This document shows, piece by piece, positions 33,991-46,816 of a stretch of 64,000 nt of DNA. The notes below the pieces were generated by a model, which saw only the letters and a program-made list of their open reading frames with translations, was not told the DNA's origin and searched no databases. The DNA is taken from contig BQFW01000002.1 of NCBI GenBank assembly GCA_020891255.1, positions 1,054,001 through 1,118,000 of the forward strand, read 5' to 3'. Source of the stretch: Entomortierella parvispora E1425 (taxonomy: Eukaryota; Fungi; Mortierellomycota). Position 1 is the stretch's first letter. Every line of letters begins with the position of its first letter. The position numbers and the translations under genes are program-made.

Positions 33991-35159
33991 GAAGAAGAGG
34001 AAAAGCGCTTGTCACTCCCACCTTGTTTGTCCTCCCATCCCACTTTCACTTTCACTTTTCCTCGTCTTCTCGCCGCATTACCATCTCATTGAAGGGCTGG
34101 CCACAGGAGAGAGTTCAGGGCCGGTCCACCAGAGTTCATGGCCCCTCAACCACTCGGGCGACGCCCACTTTCACTTGGACCTTTTCTTTGTTTTTGTCCT
34201 TTTGTTTTGTTGCTTCACCATCAACTCGGGTCTTCTCCTGCGTGTGGTCCTTCTCCTTGGTCCTCTCATAGCAGCCGGGAACAGGCTCTGTACAGCAGTC
34301 ATGTACAATTTGGTGCCAGGGTTGGCCTGGGAACTCGACCCAGGTACTGATGCAAAGAGGGAGGGGAAGAAGGAGCGTCAGTCTCCGCCAATGGCTCTCT
34401 GCGCTGAAGTTTCCCAGCGCTTCTGTTTGTTCTTGAAGGCTACAGTACATCCTACCTGGCAAGGTAGACAACATGCCATATGGTCGTGTGTCCTTCTGTT
34501 TCCTTCGTCCTCATTGTCGTTATATCGCCAGGCCTCGACTTTCCGCTCCTCAGTTGCCATTGTAACATTCGCCTCTTGCCCATGTATTTTTGATTTCGTG
34601 CTATTTGTTTGTGTTCGTCTTCTCACCCAAAATAACACCTGGGCCTGAAGAAACGGTTGTCGTGCCTGCAGTGGATCAAGAATCCGATAAAAACGCAACA
34701 GTGCCAGTAGAGTAGAAGAAGGAAAAAAAAAAAAAAAAAGAGCTGCTCTCAGCTTTTTTTCAGCCCAGCGCGTGCTTGTGGTCGTTCCTTGTTTTCTTCA
34801 AGGCCCGTCCCCAGCTCTCTGATGGTTAACGCCAAAAGACTGGTGGGATCTGCTCTGATCCACATGGTGTCCTGAGAAGATTCTCGACAATGAGAGCGTT
34901 CATCATCTCCATGATCGCTCGTTCTGACTTAGGGGGATATAGGGAACAAGAGCAGGGACGGCTGTCCTTTGATAGTTAATAAAATACTTTCAGCCGAGCC
35001 TTTAGGCCCTGGTACGTCCTTTGACGCTAGGTAAAATCTCGCGTTGGTTGGTTCAAGCTTCCTCTTTTATTAATTGATATTGCGTTGAATCGTGTGTCTT
35101 TGTAATTCTTTTTTTCTTTTTTGTTCTACCGTTCTTCGCAAAAAAGTAGCATCCGCAGA

Positions 35160-36916
35160 TTAGACGTTGTACTAAGAGAAACAACAAGTCAAGTAGAAGG
35201 GGGAGGGGGCAGAGGTTAGAGCATAACTTGTAATTGCAGTATGAACACTCATATTGTTACAGTTTTCTTACCTTCTTGGCAACCATGCCCTCTGGGGGTC
35301 GAGTCTCCACGGGCGCCTTTCCAACCTCATCCCAGTTGGTAGACAAGCAAGTACCGTTACTCTCTGTAAAACTCTTCATCATGGCGCGCTTTGTGTTGTC
35401 ATCGGAATCCTTATAGATCTTGGCAAAAAGTTGGTTCAAGGCCTTGTCGCCGTCAGCCTTCTCTTCATCCTTTGCAGCCTCCTTCTCCAGAGCATCCCAG
35501 TTCTTAGCCTTTCGGGATGATGAGGGATAAGCGGGGGCAGCAGCAGCTATATGAACAAATCAACATCGCGGTCATAAATCAAAGGTCAGAAAACTGGCGT
35601 GGATAATAGAGTCGCAACACACTTAGCCACTTCTTCATTTCTTACCAGTGACGGTAGCCATAGATCCAGCATTGACATCATCACCTTCAAGAGCACCCCA
35701 CTTGAGGGCAAAGCGCTCCTTCTTCAGCTGAATCTCAATCTTGGTGGACAAGACTTCAAACTTGCTCTCCGAAGGGATAATAGCGTGGCTCAGGGGGTCC
35801 AGCTCAAGAGAGTAATCCGATCCAGTCGGCATCTTGACAGAGACGGAAAGCTAGAGATAGAGTACGGATGATTAATCCAGGGCGCCATTTCTTCCTAACA
35901 CCAACCACATCAAATCGACGTTCAATTTAGCAAGTATTCTTACAGCATTCTCGGTGATATTGATATCGACCGACTCCTGTTTAACGTTCTTAATGAACAC
36001 ACTGATGGTGACATGACTGTCGTTCTGGTACCACTCGTGTCTAAAAGGAAGAAACTAGGTCAGACAATGACAATTACAAAAACAGGTGCAGTTCATAACG
36101 TCTTTGACAAGTACCTGACACGATGGACGGCAGGAGTGACAGGGGCAGGGGCAACAGCCGGTGCAACTGCAGGAGCAGGAGCAGGAGCGGGAGTGACAAC
36201 AGAAGGTGCAGTCTTGGGAAGTTTTGCAATCTCCTGGTCATTTTTGCGAATCCAGCTCGCCAAAGTTCGCTGCTCGGGACTAAGAACACGACAAGCCTCC
36301 AAAGCAACTCTAGCTGTCTGATAGTCCTGAAGGTGGAATGCGGCAACACTGTTTGACAAACAACACAATGTTAGAGGAAAAGACCAAATTGTGTGACCAG
36401 TAGATCGGTCCAGAGAGTGGGAAGGTGAATGATATACGACTTACCCTTTGCGAAGCTGGGCCTTGGCCTCAACAGACACATCAACAGGCTTCTCCTTGAT
36501 CAAAGCAAGCGCCTTGAGCGCATCCTCATATGCCTCCTTGTGCTTGCCCACTTTTTGGTATGTGGCGGACCTAAAGGAATGTTCCAGAAAAAATTGAAAT
36601 GGGTGAGTCTCTGCTTCTTCTGTTCCAATGCATGACCTGTACCAATGTGGGAGCCACAGGGCCACGGGGATGGGTCATGTCAAGGAGAAATATCCTTTCC
36701 TTGTCAACATCCTCCCTGTGAGGCCTATTCGTCTGCCTTTCGTTGGCCTGATTGCCAAACTCCAGTCCAGTTCCGTCCTTCGTACCTCTTCAAAAAGATC
36801 TCGACGTGAGACGCGTTGATCTGGATGGCCTTGGTGTAAAGGTTGATGGCCTCATCAAAATCCTCGTCAGCAAAAGCGTGGCTTCCCTGGGCAAAGAGGT
36901 CCTGGACAGATGTCAT
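35160..36916 (-). CDS. SGT1: Sgt1 Hsp90 co-chaperone (TPR-CS-SGS), multi-exon
   Basis: N-terminal TPR, CS domain (HEWYQ, KIEIQLKK) and SGS domain (RAMMKSFTESNGTCLSTNW..PPEGM). The final 12-nt exon encodes YNV*. Confidence 0.95.
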
Positions 36917-37292
36917 CTCTAAAGAGGGGGGAGGTCGGATGGGGAGGGAGATGGGTAAAACAACGAGTGAAGGTCAAGGGCGAGTTTCTGACTTTCTGCG
37001 ACTGAGTATGGTTCACGATTAAAACAGTTCTGTGACGTACATCAGGGCCTCTTCAGCGGCCCCGCCCTGCTGCCTGAACTGATCAGCCCTTGCACTTCCA
37101 CATCGCCCCCTCGAGACAGGACGTTGGACAGACCATCACCAAGTCGATCGCAAGACAGGAATAGAGGATTTGCACCATTGCCGAAGAAAACAGCCATTAT
37201 CATATACCACCGGCATTCGCGTTTCTAGATCAACTTTCCGGCGATCTTCTTTCGGCCCATTTTTTTCCGAAGGCAGCTATATCCTCTCGTCA

Positions 37293-37874
37293 ATGCGGCA
37301 ACTCACTCTACTGCAGCGGCAGCGGATCACACTATCGCTATTCTTCACAGTTGCAGTGGGGGCAGTATTCACGGTAGCCACTCCAGCATTTGTTCCATGG
37401 GAGGTTGTGAACGAGAAGAGAGCTCAGGCACTGGACCAACAACGGCGCCAGGGCAAGGACTTTCATGTTGTACCGAGTCCTCGACTCGTGTCTAATCGAA
37501 ATGATGGAGACAAGGAGAATGGATCATCTGTTTCTCATTCGGACCCAATATCGTCCCAAGGGCCATTAATTTCCCTATTGACAGATCGATCGAAAAAACC
37601 CGGAAACGCAGACTCTGCCTTGGATATAGCAAATGACGAAGAGAGCGCTCCAACAGAACACGATCCGAACAACCCGACTACACCGACCAAGAAGCGGAGG
37701 AGGCGGAGGAAAAGAACAAAGGTGAACGAAGGTTGGCAAGAATTGACAGGACGGACAGCAAGAGAAGAGCAAGAGAGGCATCATACCCATTCCGAGAAGG
37801 AACCTACCGGGCGCCAGACGATAGGAGAGAATGGTGGAAAAGAGATCTCCTGGAAGAACAAAGAGCCACTATAG
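37293..37874 (+). CDS. Hypothetical protein with an N-terminal hydrophobic segment and charged tail (193 aa)
   Basis: Single open frame divergent from SGT1. ITLSLFFTVAVGAVFTVATPAFVP could be a TM segment, and there is a KKRRRRRKR cluster. Confidence 0.5.
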   Translation: MRQLTLLQRQRITLSLFFTVAVGAVFTVATPAFVPWEVVNEKRAQALDQQRRQGKDFHVVPSPRLVSNRNDGDKENGSSVSHSDPISSQGPLISLLTDRSKKPGNADSALDIANDEESAPTEHDPNNPTTPTKKRRRRRKRTKVNEGWQELTGRTAREEQERHHTHSEKEPTGRQTIGENGGKEISWKNKEPL

Positions 37875-38168
37875 ACTTGACCATAGAGACCAATCCCACA
37901 TACCACATATTTTAAGAACGGCTGCGATTTTCGCAGTTTTTGGCATTCATTCAATCATATACAAAGCAGTCACACTTTTTTTTTTTGCCTGAAAAGACCG
38001 CATTACATCATCTTTCTGAACATCACCTCTGCACCAAATCTGTTGTTTCGCATCGAAGAGCACCAACACTCGGACAGGAGGAGTTAAATACGCATCTGAA
38101 CAGAAAACTACAGCCGCCCCCGTTACTACCGCATCACCAATCTCAGTAACCTTCACATCACAGCCACA

Positions 38169-39363
38169 ATGTCCCATTTTAAGAATGTGACGAACGAGTT
38201 CAAGAAGCGCTTGGCTGAGCAGCCCGTTATCAAGCGTGCCGTCGTTACGCCAATGGCTCAGGAAGCGACGACCCTTTATTCTGGATCGGATGCCAACCCA
38301 AATCTTAATGGCCCACAAGTATTTGCTGCTCCAAAGAGAAGGAAGCACGAAGGTAAACGCCAGTTTTTCGTTACCTGGCCTCCTGGAAGTTTTGTTCTCG
38401 ACATACTAATATCCATATGGTTTCTTGCAGTCTTTTCACAACCCAAGGATACAGGAGTCGGAAAACATGCGATGAGTTTACTGTTCCACGCCATCAATTA
38501 CCTCAAAGTAATATTGGTTTGATTTCGCTCTATGACAACAATTATCATATTAAGTTACAGGGCACCTACTGACAGACGTTCATTTTTTCTATCATTAGTC
38601 CGTTGAAGAACCACAAACAGTCGAGGATATGAAACGCAAAGGAGACCTAGATATTCTTAGTGCACCGGAGCTCTATGAATACCTGAAGAAGAACGAAAAG
38701 ATCGAATATGATCCAAGAAACGAAACTTTTCTTTACAAGGTGTGATACTACAAAGAATGATGCCAGTCAGAACAAACAGCCGTGGCAAAGTTGTCTTATT
38801 AACTAAAAAAAATCCGCCTTTTCTTTTAGCCCACATATCAGATCAGGAACAAGGAAGATCTATACCTGATGCTGGAGAAGAAAAAGAACGAAGGCGGCAT
38901 GGAGTTCAAAGAGCTCAAGGATTCCTATTCAAAACTTGAACAAGTTGTTGAGGAACTGGCAAATGAGGGCAGAATTCTCGTAGTGCGGAATAGGGATGGC
39001 AAACCACGAGTGCTATTCTGGAACGATCAACGATACAATACTGCAATGGATCCAGGTACCTTGGTGTTACTTGACCAGAACCTAAACCAGAGTCAGGACA
39101 TCTGTATACTGACAGTCCACTGTATATCGCTTTTTTGTTGTTTAGAATTCCGAGCAATCTGGCACAGTCTGGTTGTCCCCAGTGTGGCCGATTTACCCAA
39201 AGAACTGGAGAATGCTGGTCTCACACACATGCAAGTGTACGACAAGAAGGGCCCTGGCGACATGCCCAAACGCAAGCCCGTTCGTCGGAACCGAAAGATG
39301 AAGATCACGAACACACACATGAAGGACTTGGATCTGACCAAGGATTTTGTGGTTCAAAAATAA
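38169..39363 (+). CDS. TFA2: Transcription factor TFIIE beta subunit, 5 exons
   Basis: Spliced product contains AINYLK, KIEYDP..FLYKPTYQIRNK, RVLFWND, EFRAIWHSLVVP and KITNTHM. Confidence 0.93.
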
Positions 39364-39847
39364 AGAGGTGCTGTCCTTTCCCCCTTTTTTTTTGGGAGCA
39401 CAATTTGACGCTGTTGCGATGTTGCCACCAATTTTTCAACCCCGCAAATTTCCACGTCTCACAGCCACAAACGCGTAAATGACAAAATTTTTGTAAGTGC
39501 ACGTTGCATTATTGACCGTGCACACCGCGCCTCACGTAAATGACAATCCCCACAAACTTTGTTGAAGTTTAGTTTTCTCTTCGCTCACTTTCAGGAACAA
39601 CCAATCCACCTGCTCTTGCATATTACTCCGCGGTTGTCCTTGAATGGATGAATAAGTCAGGCTCACTGCGTACCCCTCTTGTTCGCCGTCAATTGAATTG
39701 ACGGTCTGGGTTGATTGGTTGGCTCGCCTTTTGAAGCGTTTCTCGGCGTCAGCAGTGCTGCAGCTCTGCATGGCTTCTGTTGGGCAGTGACAAACGAAGG
39801 AGGAGGAGGAAGAAGAAGATAAAATAGATGCGAAAGGTGCAGATGAG

Positions 39848-39920
39848 GAAGAAGAAGTAGAAGCAGTGGAAGAAGAAGTAGAAGCAGTGGAAGAAGAAGT
39901 AGAAGCAGTGGAAGAAGTAG
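39848..39920 (+). repeat. 21-nt tandem repeat GAAGAAGAAGTAGAAGCAGTG x3 plus a partial
   Basis: Units at 39848, 39869 and 39890. Confidence 0.92.
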
Positions 39921-40678
39921 TACAAGTGAGCGGCAGTTGCTGATGCGATGAAGTAGCAAGAGGCGATGTTCAGCTTCATTGGCCTTTTCGGAGAGGAAAG
40001 CTCTGAAAAAATATGGACCAACAAAAACGTCAAACTCTGACCGGCGGATGAAGAAAAAAAACCCGTTCATTCACTCGGCCTTATTACATAAATACCCACT
40101 ACTTTTTCATCGTCCCTCTCTTTTTTTCCTCTTTTCTGTTTTCTCATCAGTTTCCCTCCACCCCACTCCAACCCACCTGCCTCTTTACTCAAAGGCCACT
40201 TCTTTTTCTTCTCAAAACCAGACTCCTTATCTCACAAGGTATTAATTGACGCTTGGAGGAGGATCCGGCAAATATAAATTGGCGATCGGGATGAACTCTT
40301 TTTTATTCTCTCGTCGTCGGCTGTCCGCCTGTCGTTTGTGCCTGTGCCCATTGTCTCGCTTGCATGAATCAAATAGGAGGGCTAAAACAACTCCAAAAGG
40401 GCAGCCGCAAACCATATTACCAAATTGTGGGAGCAAAATGGACATGCCTTCGAATGCAGGCGTGACAAAAACGGACAAAGGATGAACCATGCTTTTGTCG
40501 GTATGTCCACGGATGGATGTATCACCAAGAAAAAGGAACAGAGAAAGGACCAGATGACAGCCAACATATAAAAAAAAGGGCGTTTCGTCTTTACCCCCCT
40601 CTTCTTTACCCTCACAATCTCTCTCTAACATCAAGTTTTTCCACAATGTTCCCTTTTTTCAGCTCCCACAATACAAAA

Positions 40679-41812
40679 ATGGCCTCCAACAGCAACACTG
40701 TCGAGAAGACCACCCCCGAGGTCGATATTTCCGGCCAAGTCGAGTCCTTTTCCATTGCCACAGCACCTTCGGAAGATCACGCTCATCACCACCACAAGCA
40801 CCACCTCCTTCACAAGTACAACGAAAGCGGTGAAACCGCCGAAGACGATGACCATGACGACGCTTGCTGCCCTCGTTCGCCCGTCACCTTCGGACCCAGC
40901 CCTGCCGTGGAGAAGTCCCATGGCTTGACTCGTCTTTTGAAGAACAACCGTGCCTGGTCCAAGGCCATTCGAGAACGTCAACCAGATTTCTTTGAGAAGT
41001 GCTCCAAGGGCCAACAGCCCAAGGTGTTCTGGATCGGATGCTCAGATTCCCGCGTCCCCGAAAACGAGCTCCTTCAGCTTGGTAAGTGAACTCTGATACA
41101 GGATCGACAGGGTGTGGGACACCAAAAAAACAAAGAAAAAGAAAACACAAAAAAAAAAAAAAAGTTGGACACACGGACAAAGATTTTTGGCGGATATGAT
41201 CAAGCGCTGATAACGGAAACCCCAACTCACACGCCACTGCTGGCCCCCCATTCTATTTTATTTCTCCGATCTTCATTTATGGTCCGTGGTCAATTACATG
41301 TAGCTCCTGGCGAGGTCTTTACTCACCGCAACATTGCCAACGTCGTCGTCGGCACGGATCTGAACTGTCTGTCCGTCCTCCAGTACGCAGTGGATGTCCT
41401 CAAGGTTGAACACGTGGTCGTTTGTGGTCACTATGGATGCGGTGGTGTCGCCGCGGCTTTGGGCGATAGCTCTTTTGGCCTGATTGACCATTGGTTGGGC
41501 AACATCAAGCAGGTCAAGCAGGAGCACCTGAGCAACCTGAATGAGATCAAGGACACCGAGGAGAAGTGCCGTGCCTTGGTCGAGATCAACTGTCGCAACT
41601 CGGTCTTGACCGTCGCAAAGACTCCCACGATGCGTGCCGCCTGGGAGAGAGGCCAGAACGTAGAAATTATTGGTATGGTCTACGATATTCAGACTGGTCT
41701 CTTGGGCGAGCTCGGCTACCATATCAAGTCGATGGATGATCTACAGAGCCACCTCAAGGTCGATTCCAACGCCCTCTTTGCTGCCCGTGCCAGCAAAGCC
41801 GCTACTGCTTAA
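40679..41812 (+). CDS. NCE103: Beta-class carbonic anhydrase, 2 exons (alternative in-frame ATG at 40646)
   Basis: Zn ligands WIGCSDSR and VCGHYGCGG. Intron 41082-41303, and TATAAAA at 40567. Confidence 0.95.
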
Positions 41813-42144
41813 AGAATAACTGCAGAAACATATGGATCTCTTTACAAAAGAAAAAAAATAAGGCACAGTCCTTGGAATGGTCGAAACCAGCATCGCATTT
41901 TACATACCCCTCACAGATAATAAACAAAGCGCTTTCTCTCTGAAAACACCAGAACACGCATTTTACACTCTTCTTTTGGGTGTTTGAAGGGTTGTTTATT
42001 TACAAAGTGTGGGCCTTCATGCAAGCTGCACATGCATCAAAGGGATAAGGACATGAGCTGAGGAGCACTCTCAGAGAGTGTCGAACAAACCTCCCCTTCT
42101 TTCGATTCTTTCGATTCTTCCGATTCTTTCAATTCAATCTCCAT

Positions 42145-43071
42145 TTAGTATCCCAAGGGCTCGTTGACAATGACAATCTGGATACGAGTAGGGTTGAAGG
42201 GGTTGGACTTTCGGATAACCTCGTAGTGAGTGATGCCCGAGGCAGGCAAACCATAGGCGATTCTGACACGGGCGCTCTCCAGTGGCAGAGCAAAGTTCTC
42301 AATACGCTTCCAGGCCTCCAATTCATCCTTCACGATCTTGTTGGATCCCGCAACTACGATAACGTTTCCAGCACCAAAGGCTACGCCTCCAACCTTGGAG
42401 CCCGAAAGGTCGCCATGGGCAATATGACCAGTTTCGGTAATAGCAGCAACCGAGGTCAAATAGTAGTCGACAGTGGATCCAACAGTGCGGCGGAGCTCGG
42501 CTTGCTTGGCAGGATCTTTCTCCTGCAAGATAGTGCCGTGGACATTGTTCCAAGGAGTTGCACCCTTGATGTATGTAATGAAGCCAATCTATCAAATAGA
42601 AGAACCCAAAGGAGGATAGGTTTAAGGTGTTAATCAGAGAATCTTCTGCATCCAACATTATTTTACATCTTAGGGTGCCCTTGGCTCCTCTTACCTCCTC
42701 CAAGGTGGTCGAGTGGGCATTGTTAATCGACTTTCCCTAAATGAGAGATGACCAGGTAATAGGACGAAAAGTGTGAGCAAAGTTGAAGACGTGTCCAGGA
42801 TGGGTTTACCGCGTTCAGTCCACATACGAATCATTTTTCTCTCATTCCTTACCTCAGGGATCAAGCTCTTGACAGTGGCAAAGGCCTCGTCGCGGTTGTT
42901 GACAACATGCACTTTGAAGCCATTGGCCTCCAAAGCGACCTTGGCGGCGTTGATACGGTCAGGAGAGGCAGCCTTATGATAGGGAGAGTGGGCCAGGGGT
43001 GTGATTTGAGCATCAGTCTTCGAAAGACCCTCGAAGGTCTCGGCGAGGTTGGTGTTTTGGGGGGCAGCCAT
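42145..43071 (-). CDS. LUD-domain (LutC/YkgG/DUF162-like) protein, 3 exons, 234 aa
   Basis: Exons 43071-42853, 42736-42695 and 42588-42145. Motifs LEANGFKV, TSVAAITETG, VIVVAGSNKIV, ALPLESARVR and terminal LGY. Confidence 0.8.
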
Positions 43072-43543
43072 TGTTGAGTGGGTGGTAGGAGCGGTGGTAA
43101 AGAGATAAAGGGTGTGTGAGAAAAAAGGGAAAAAAAACAGGCATCAAGCCCACCTTTTATGAGTGCGCCCGTGCCATGCCCCCTGGCGCGATTTCTGAAC
43201 AAGTCATCCAAAAACGAATGAATCTCAGCCACCCCAAAAACGCCACCCGACCTTTGTCATGTCGAATTTGTCAAGGCATTGGTCATACGCAATACAACAG
43301 GGCCCAGGTCCCTCTTTCCCTTTGGTAAGGACCGTTGAAAAATGATCTACATTTGCCCAAGATTCGCGTCATTTGTCTCACAGACTTGCACTGGTATTCT
43401 AAGGACCACTGGTTCTGGCCAAATGAAAAGCACACGATAGCATAGAGTCGTATTGTATATTTTTTATGAAAAATGAGTTTGTGGGAGAAGAAAGTCTAGG
43501 ATTGTGGGTCAAGATCGAATGAAAACACAAGTAGGTTGGCTGA

Positions 43544-45586
43544 CTAAACGTCCAAGAGAAGGCGGACGGGGTCCTCAATGACCTCCTTCAACTTGACCAA
43601 GAAGGTGGTGGCCTCGCGACCATCAATAATGCGGTGGTCGTAGGTGAGGGCAATGTACATCATGGGGCGGATCTCAACCTTGCCGTCAACAGCAACGGGT
43701 CTCTCCTTGATGGCGTGCATACCCAAAATGGCGCTCTGGGGCATGTTGATGATGGGTGTGCCCATCATAGATCCAAAGACGCCTCCGTTGGAGATGGTGA
43801 AGGTACCACCGCTCAAGTCCTCAATGGCAATCTGGCCATCGCGAGCCTTGGCACCATACTGGGCAATGCTCTTCTCAACCTCAACAAAGGAGAGGCTCTC
43901 GGCGTTGCGGATGACGGGGGTGACAAGACCCTTGGGGGTAGCAACAGCGACGGAGACATCAACGTAGTCGTTGTAAACGATAGAGTCACCCTCAATTCTG
44001 GCGTTAACAGCGGGGAGCTCCTTGAGGGCGTAGCAGGAGGCTTTGACAAAGGCTGACATGAAGCCGAGCTTGATGTTGTGCTTCTTCAAGACAGCATCCT
44101 TGTAGGTCGAGCGAAGCTTCATGAGGTTGGTCATATCAACCTCGTTGAAGGTAGTCAATGAGGCGGCGTTCTCCTGAGACTGCTTCAAGCGCTTGGCGAT
44201 GGTCTGGCGCATGCGGTTCATCTTGACGCTGCGTTCCTCGCGGCTGAATGCAACAGGGGCGGAGTGGGACTCGGCGGGGGCGGCCTTGGAAGCAGCAGGG
44301 GCAGCAGGAGCAGCTTTTGAGGGAGCAGGGGCCTCCTTCTTGGGCTCCTCCTTCTTAGGCTCGGCCTTCTTGGATTCCTCCTTCTTAGGCTCGTCCTTCT
44401 TCACCTCCTCCTTCTTGGACTCGGCTTTGCCTAAACATGGTTTAGAAAGATTGCGTTAGCTCACGTCATTGTGTCGGTTATTCTTTTCCGGAAAGTTCAC
44501 CCCAGTCTATAGTTCAACATACCACCAGCAGGGGCGTCACTGAGCTCCAACTTGAAGAGATCAGCGCCGACGGCGACAGTCTCCTCCTCCTTGGCATAAA
44601 GCTCAACAACGATTCCAGACTTGGGCGAGTTGACGGCGACATCGACCTATTCCCGGGAGTCAATTGCTCTTGTCAGTTCTCAGATGGCGGTCAAGGAGTA
44701 TATCAATGGAAGATGGTCCTGGTTGGCCACGATAGCACCCTATCAAAGCTCCTTGATCGATGGTTCTCGTGTTTGTTGAGACTTGGGCTCGGGCTCAGTA
44801 AAGAGTCGCCCGTCTCTTCTGGCTACGTTTTATCCGCTGTCAGACCAAAAATAGGCTGTTTTCCATTGATCATCCTGTGGTCTTGCATGGGAGACAATAT
44901 AATTTATGGGTCTTTAGTCCCAGTACATTACCTTGTCAGTCTCGATGGTGGCAATCTCCTCGTCCAGGGCAACAAAGTCACCGACCTCTATTAAAAACGT
45001 GATCAGATCACAAAATGACATAGATTTCTCTAGATTAGCATTGATTCAACAGCATTCCTGAAAGAGTTCCATCAGCTTGGAATAAACAGCTTACTCTTGT
45101 TCCACTGCTTCAAGGAGCCCTCCGAGATCGAATCGGCCATGTGGGGGACCTTGACGACGTAATCAGCTATAAGATAGCACGGACAGATGCGTTAGATCGA
45201 CTTTCTTTTCTTTCTTTCCAACCAGAGCCTTCCTTCTTGGACCATTGATCTCTCTGGGGTTCAAGCTTACCATAGTATCTGACCTGGGAACGGTAAGGCG
45301 AGCTGGAAGGGAAAAGATAGAACCACAGCGAATGAAGAGTGAGTGTTTGCCTTCATACCTAGCGCGTTTTCTACATCCATGAATCTTATCAGTAGTTCAG
45401 AGGATATTTTCTCGTTGTTTACCTAATGCGCTGGGAGACAGCAACAGTGGCAGCGGCGGCGTTGATGGACAACTGACGGCGAGCACCCTGGGAGGCAGCA
45501 GCAGAGAGGATTGTGGAGGACTGGACAAGCGAGGCCAAAGGACGGGCCATACGAGCGAGAGGTTTTGAGCGGACAGCAGAGATCAT
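43544..45586 (-). CDS. KGD2: Dihydrolipoamide succinyltransferase (2-oxoglutarate dehydrogenase E2), multi-exon
   Basis: Mitochondrial presequence, lipoyl motif IETDK, an EEPKK/AP linker, and catalytic DHRIIDG. Confidence 0.96.
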
Positions 45587-46816
45587 TGTGTATTGAATGG
45601 GGCTTGGAGGAGTGGAGTGAGTGGAGGAGAAGGAATGGATGGGGAAGGAAGAGGATTTGATTTGCTTGGGGCAAGCAAGAGATGGACGGATGGATGGATG
45701 GACGGATTGGAAACAGAGGAGAGAAACGGCCGCTGCGACGAGTCAGCGCGATTTTGTTTACCTCTCTTGTTCCCTTCTTTCGGACTTTCCGTCTTGCCGC
45801 AAACCCCACTGCCACCAGCCTGGGCCCTTTTTTCTTCCTTCTCGGTCCATGCTGCCTCTCTTAGTCGCACTTCTTGCCCCGTCCACAAGGTCCTCCTTCC
45901 TGCAGTCATTGCGCTCGTGGAGGTCAAAGTAGCAATGGCGGAAAGGGTCCGACCCTGGCTGCTATCAACGGCAGCACAGCTTGGCTCCCCGGAGGATGAC
46001 TGATCATCGCAGAGCCGTGCGAAATTGCGGGATGTCTCGAAAGGGAAGGAGGGGTGTACAATACTCATAGTGATCATGTGACCTATTTTTTTCTCGTCTC
46101 TCTCATTCTCACAGACGCGAAACGCGGGTCCTTCAGCACAGTAGTTCAGGACGGCAACAAAAAAAGTCGGCCTCTTGGCCTTCATCGTGCATGCGCAGAA
46201 TGTCGTCCAAAGTGCGATCAGTCTCGCAATCAGCGTCATTGTTTCTGCACTCGTCATCATCCAGAACGTCACGCTCTAGCCTCTCACTCGCCGTTGCCGG
46301 GACGCAGTCGAAGTCGACAAGATAGCCGGGCTGGAGACTGGACAGACCTTTTTTCAACTATGCTATCTTTTAGGCGGAATGGAACTTCCATTCTTCGAAC
46401 CATTGGAAACAGAGCAGGGTTGATTCCGTGACAATTGACCCGAACTCGGAGTCTTAGACTGGCCAGTTAGTTGTCCACAAGTCGTTTCGACAGTCATGAG
46501 TTTTCAAGCAGCTGGTGTGCTTGATCCCGTTTCTTCCTAGACACAAAGTGCATCCCCAGAGCAAAGGCGCTCATTCACTCCATAAAACCACCTTTCACAG
46601 AACAAGAAGCCTGACTGACATCATGGGGTGGCTTCTCGGCTGTGCCCTCGAGGATAATAAAAGGAGTTAGGCAAGTCTTCCCTCTTCTTTCTTTTTCTTC
46701 TTCCTCTCTCAACAACACCACGACCTAGCACCGCTCCAAACTTCGCTTTCTTGGAACCGTTCCTTTACAAATCAATAAGCATTCTATCAGATACTCCACT
46801 ACGCATCCCAGCCACC

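Noticed and set aside
34749-34906. ATGATGA...CTGA pairs suggesting C/D snoRNAs (also 59802-59923)
   Set aside because: No terminal stem and no recognisable rRNA-complementary guide. The spacing is long and the motifs are common by chance.
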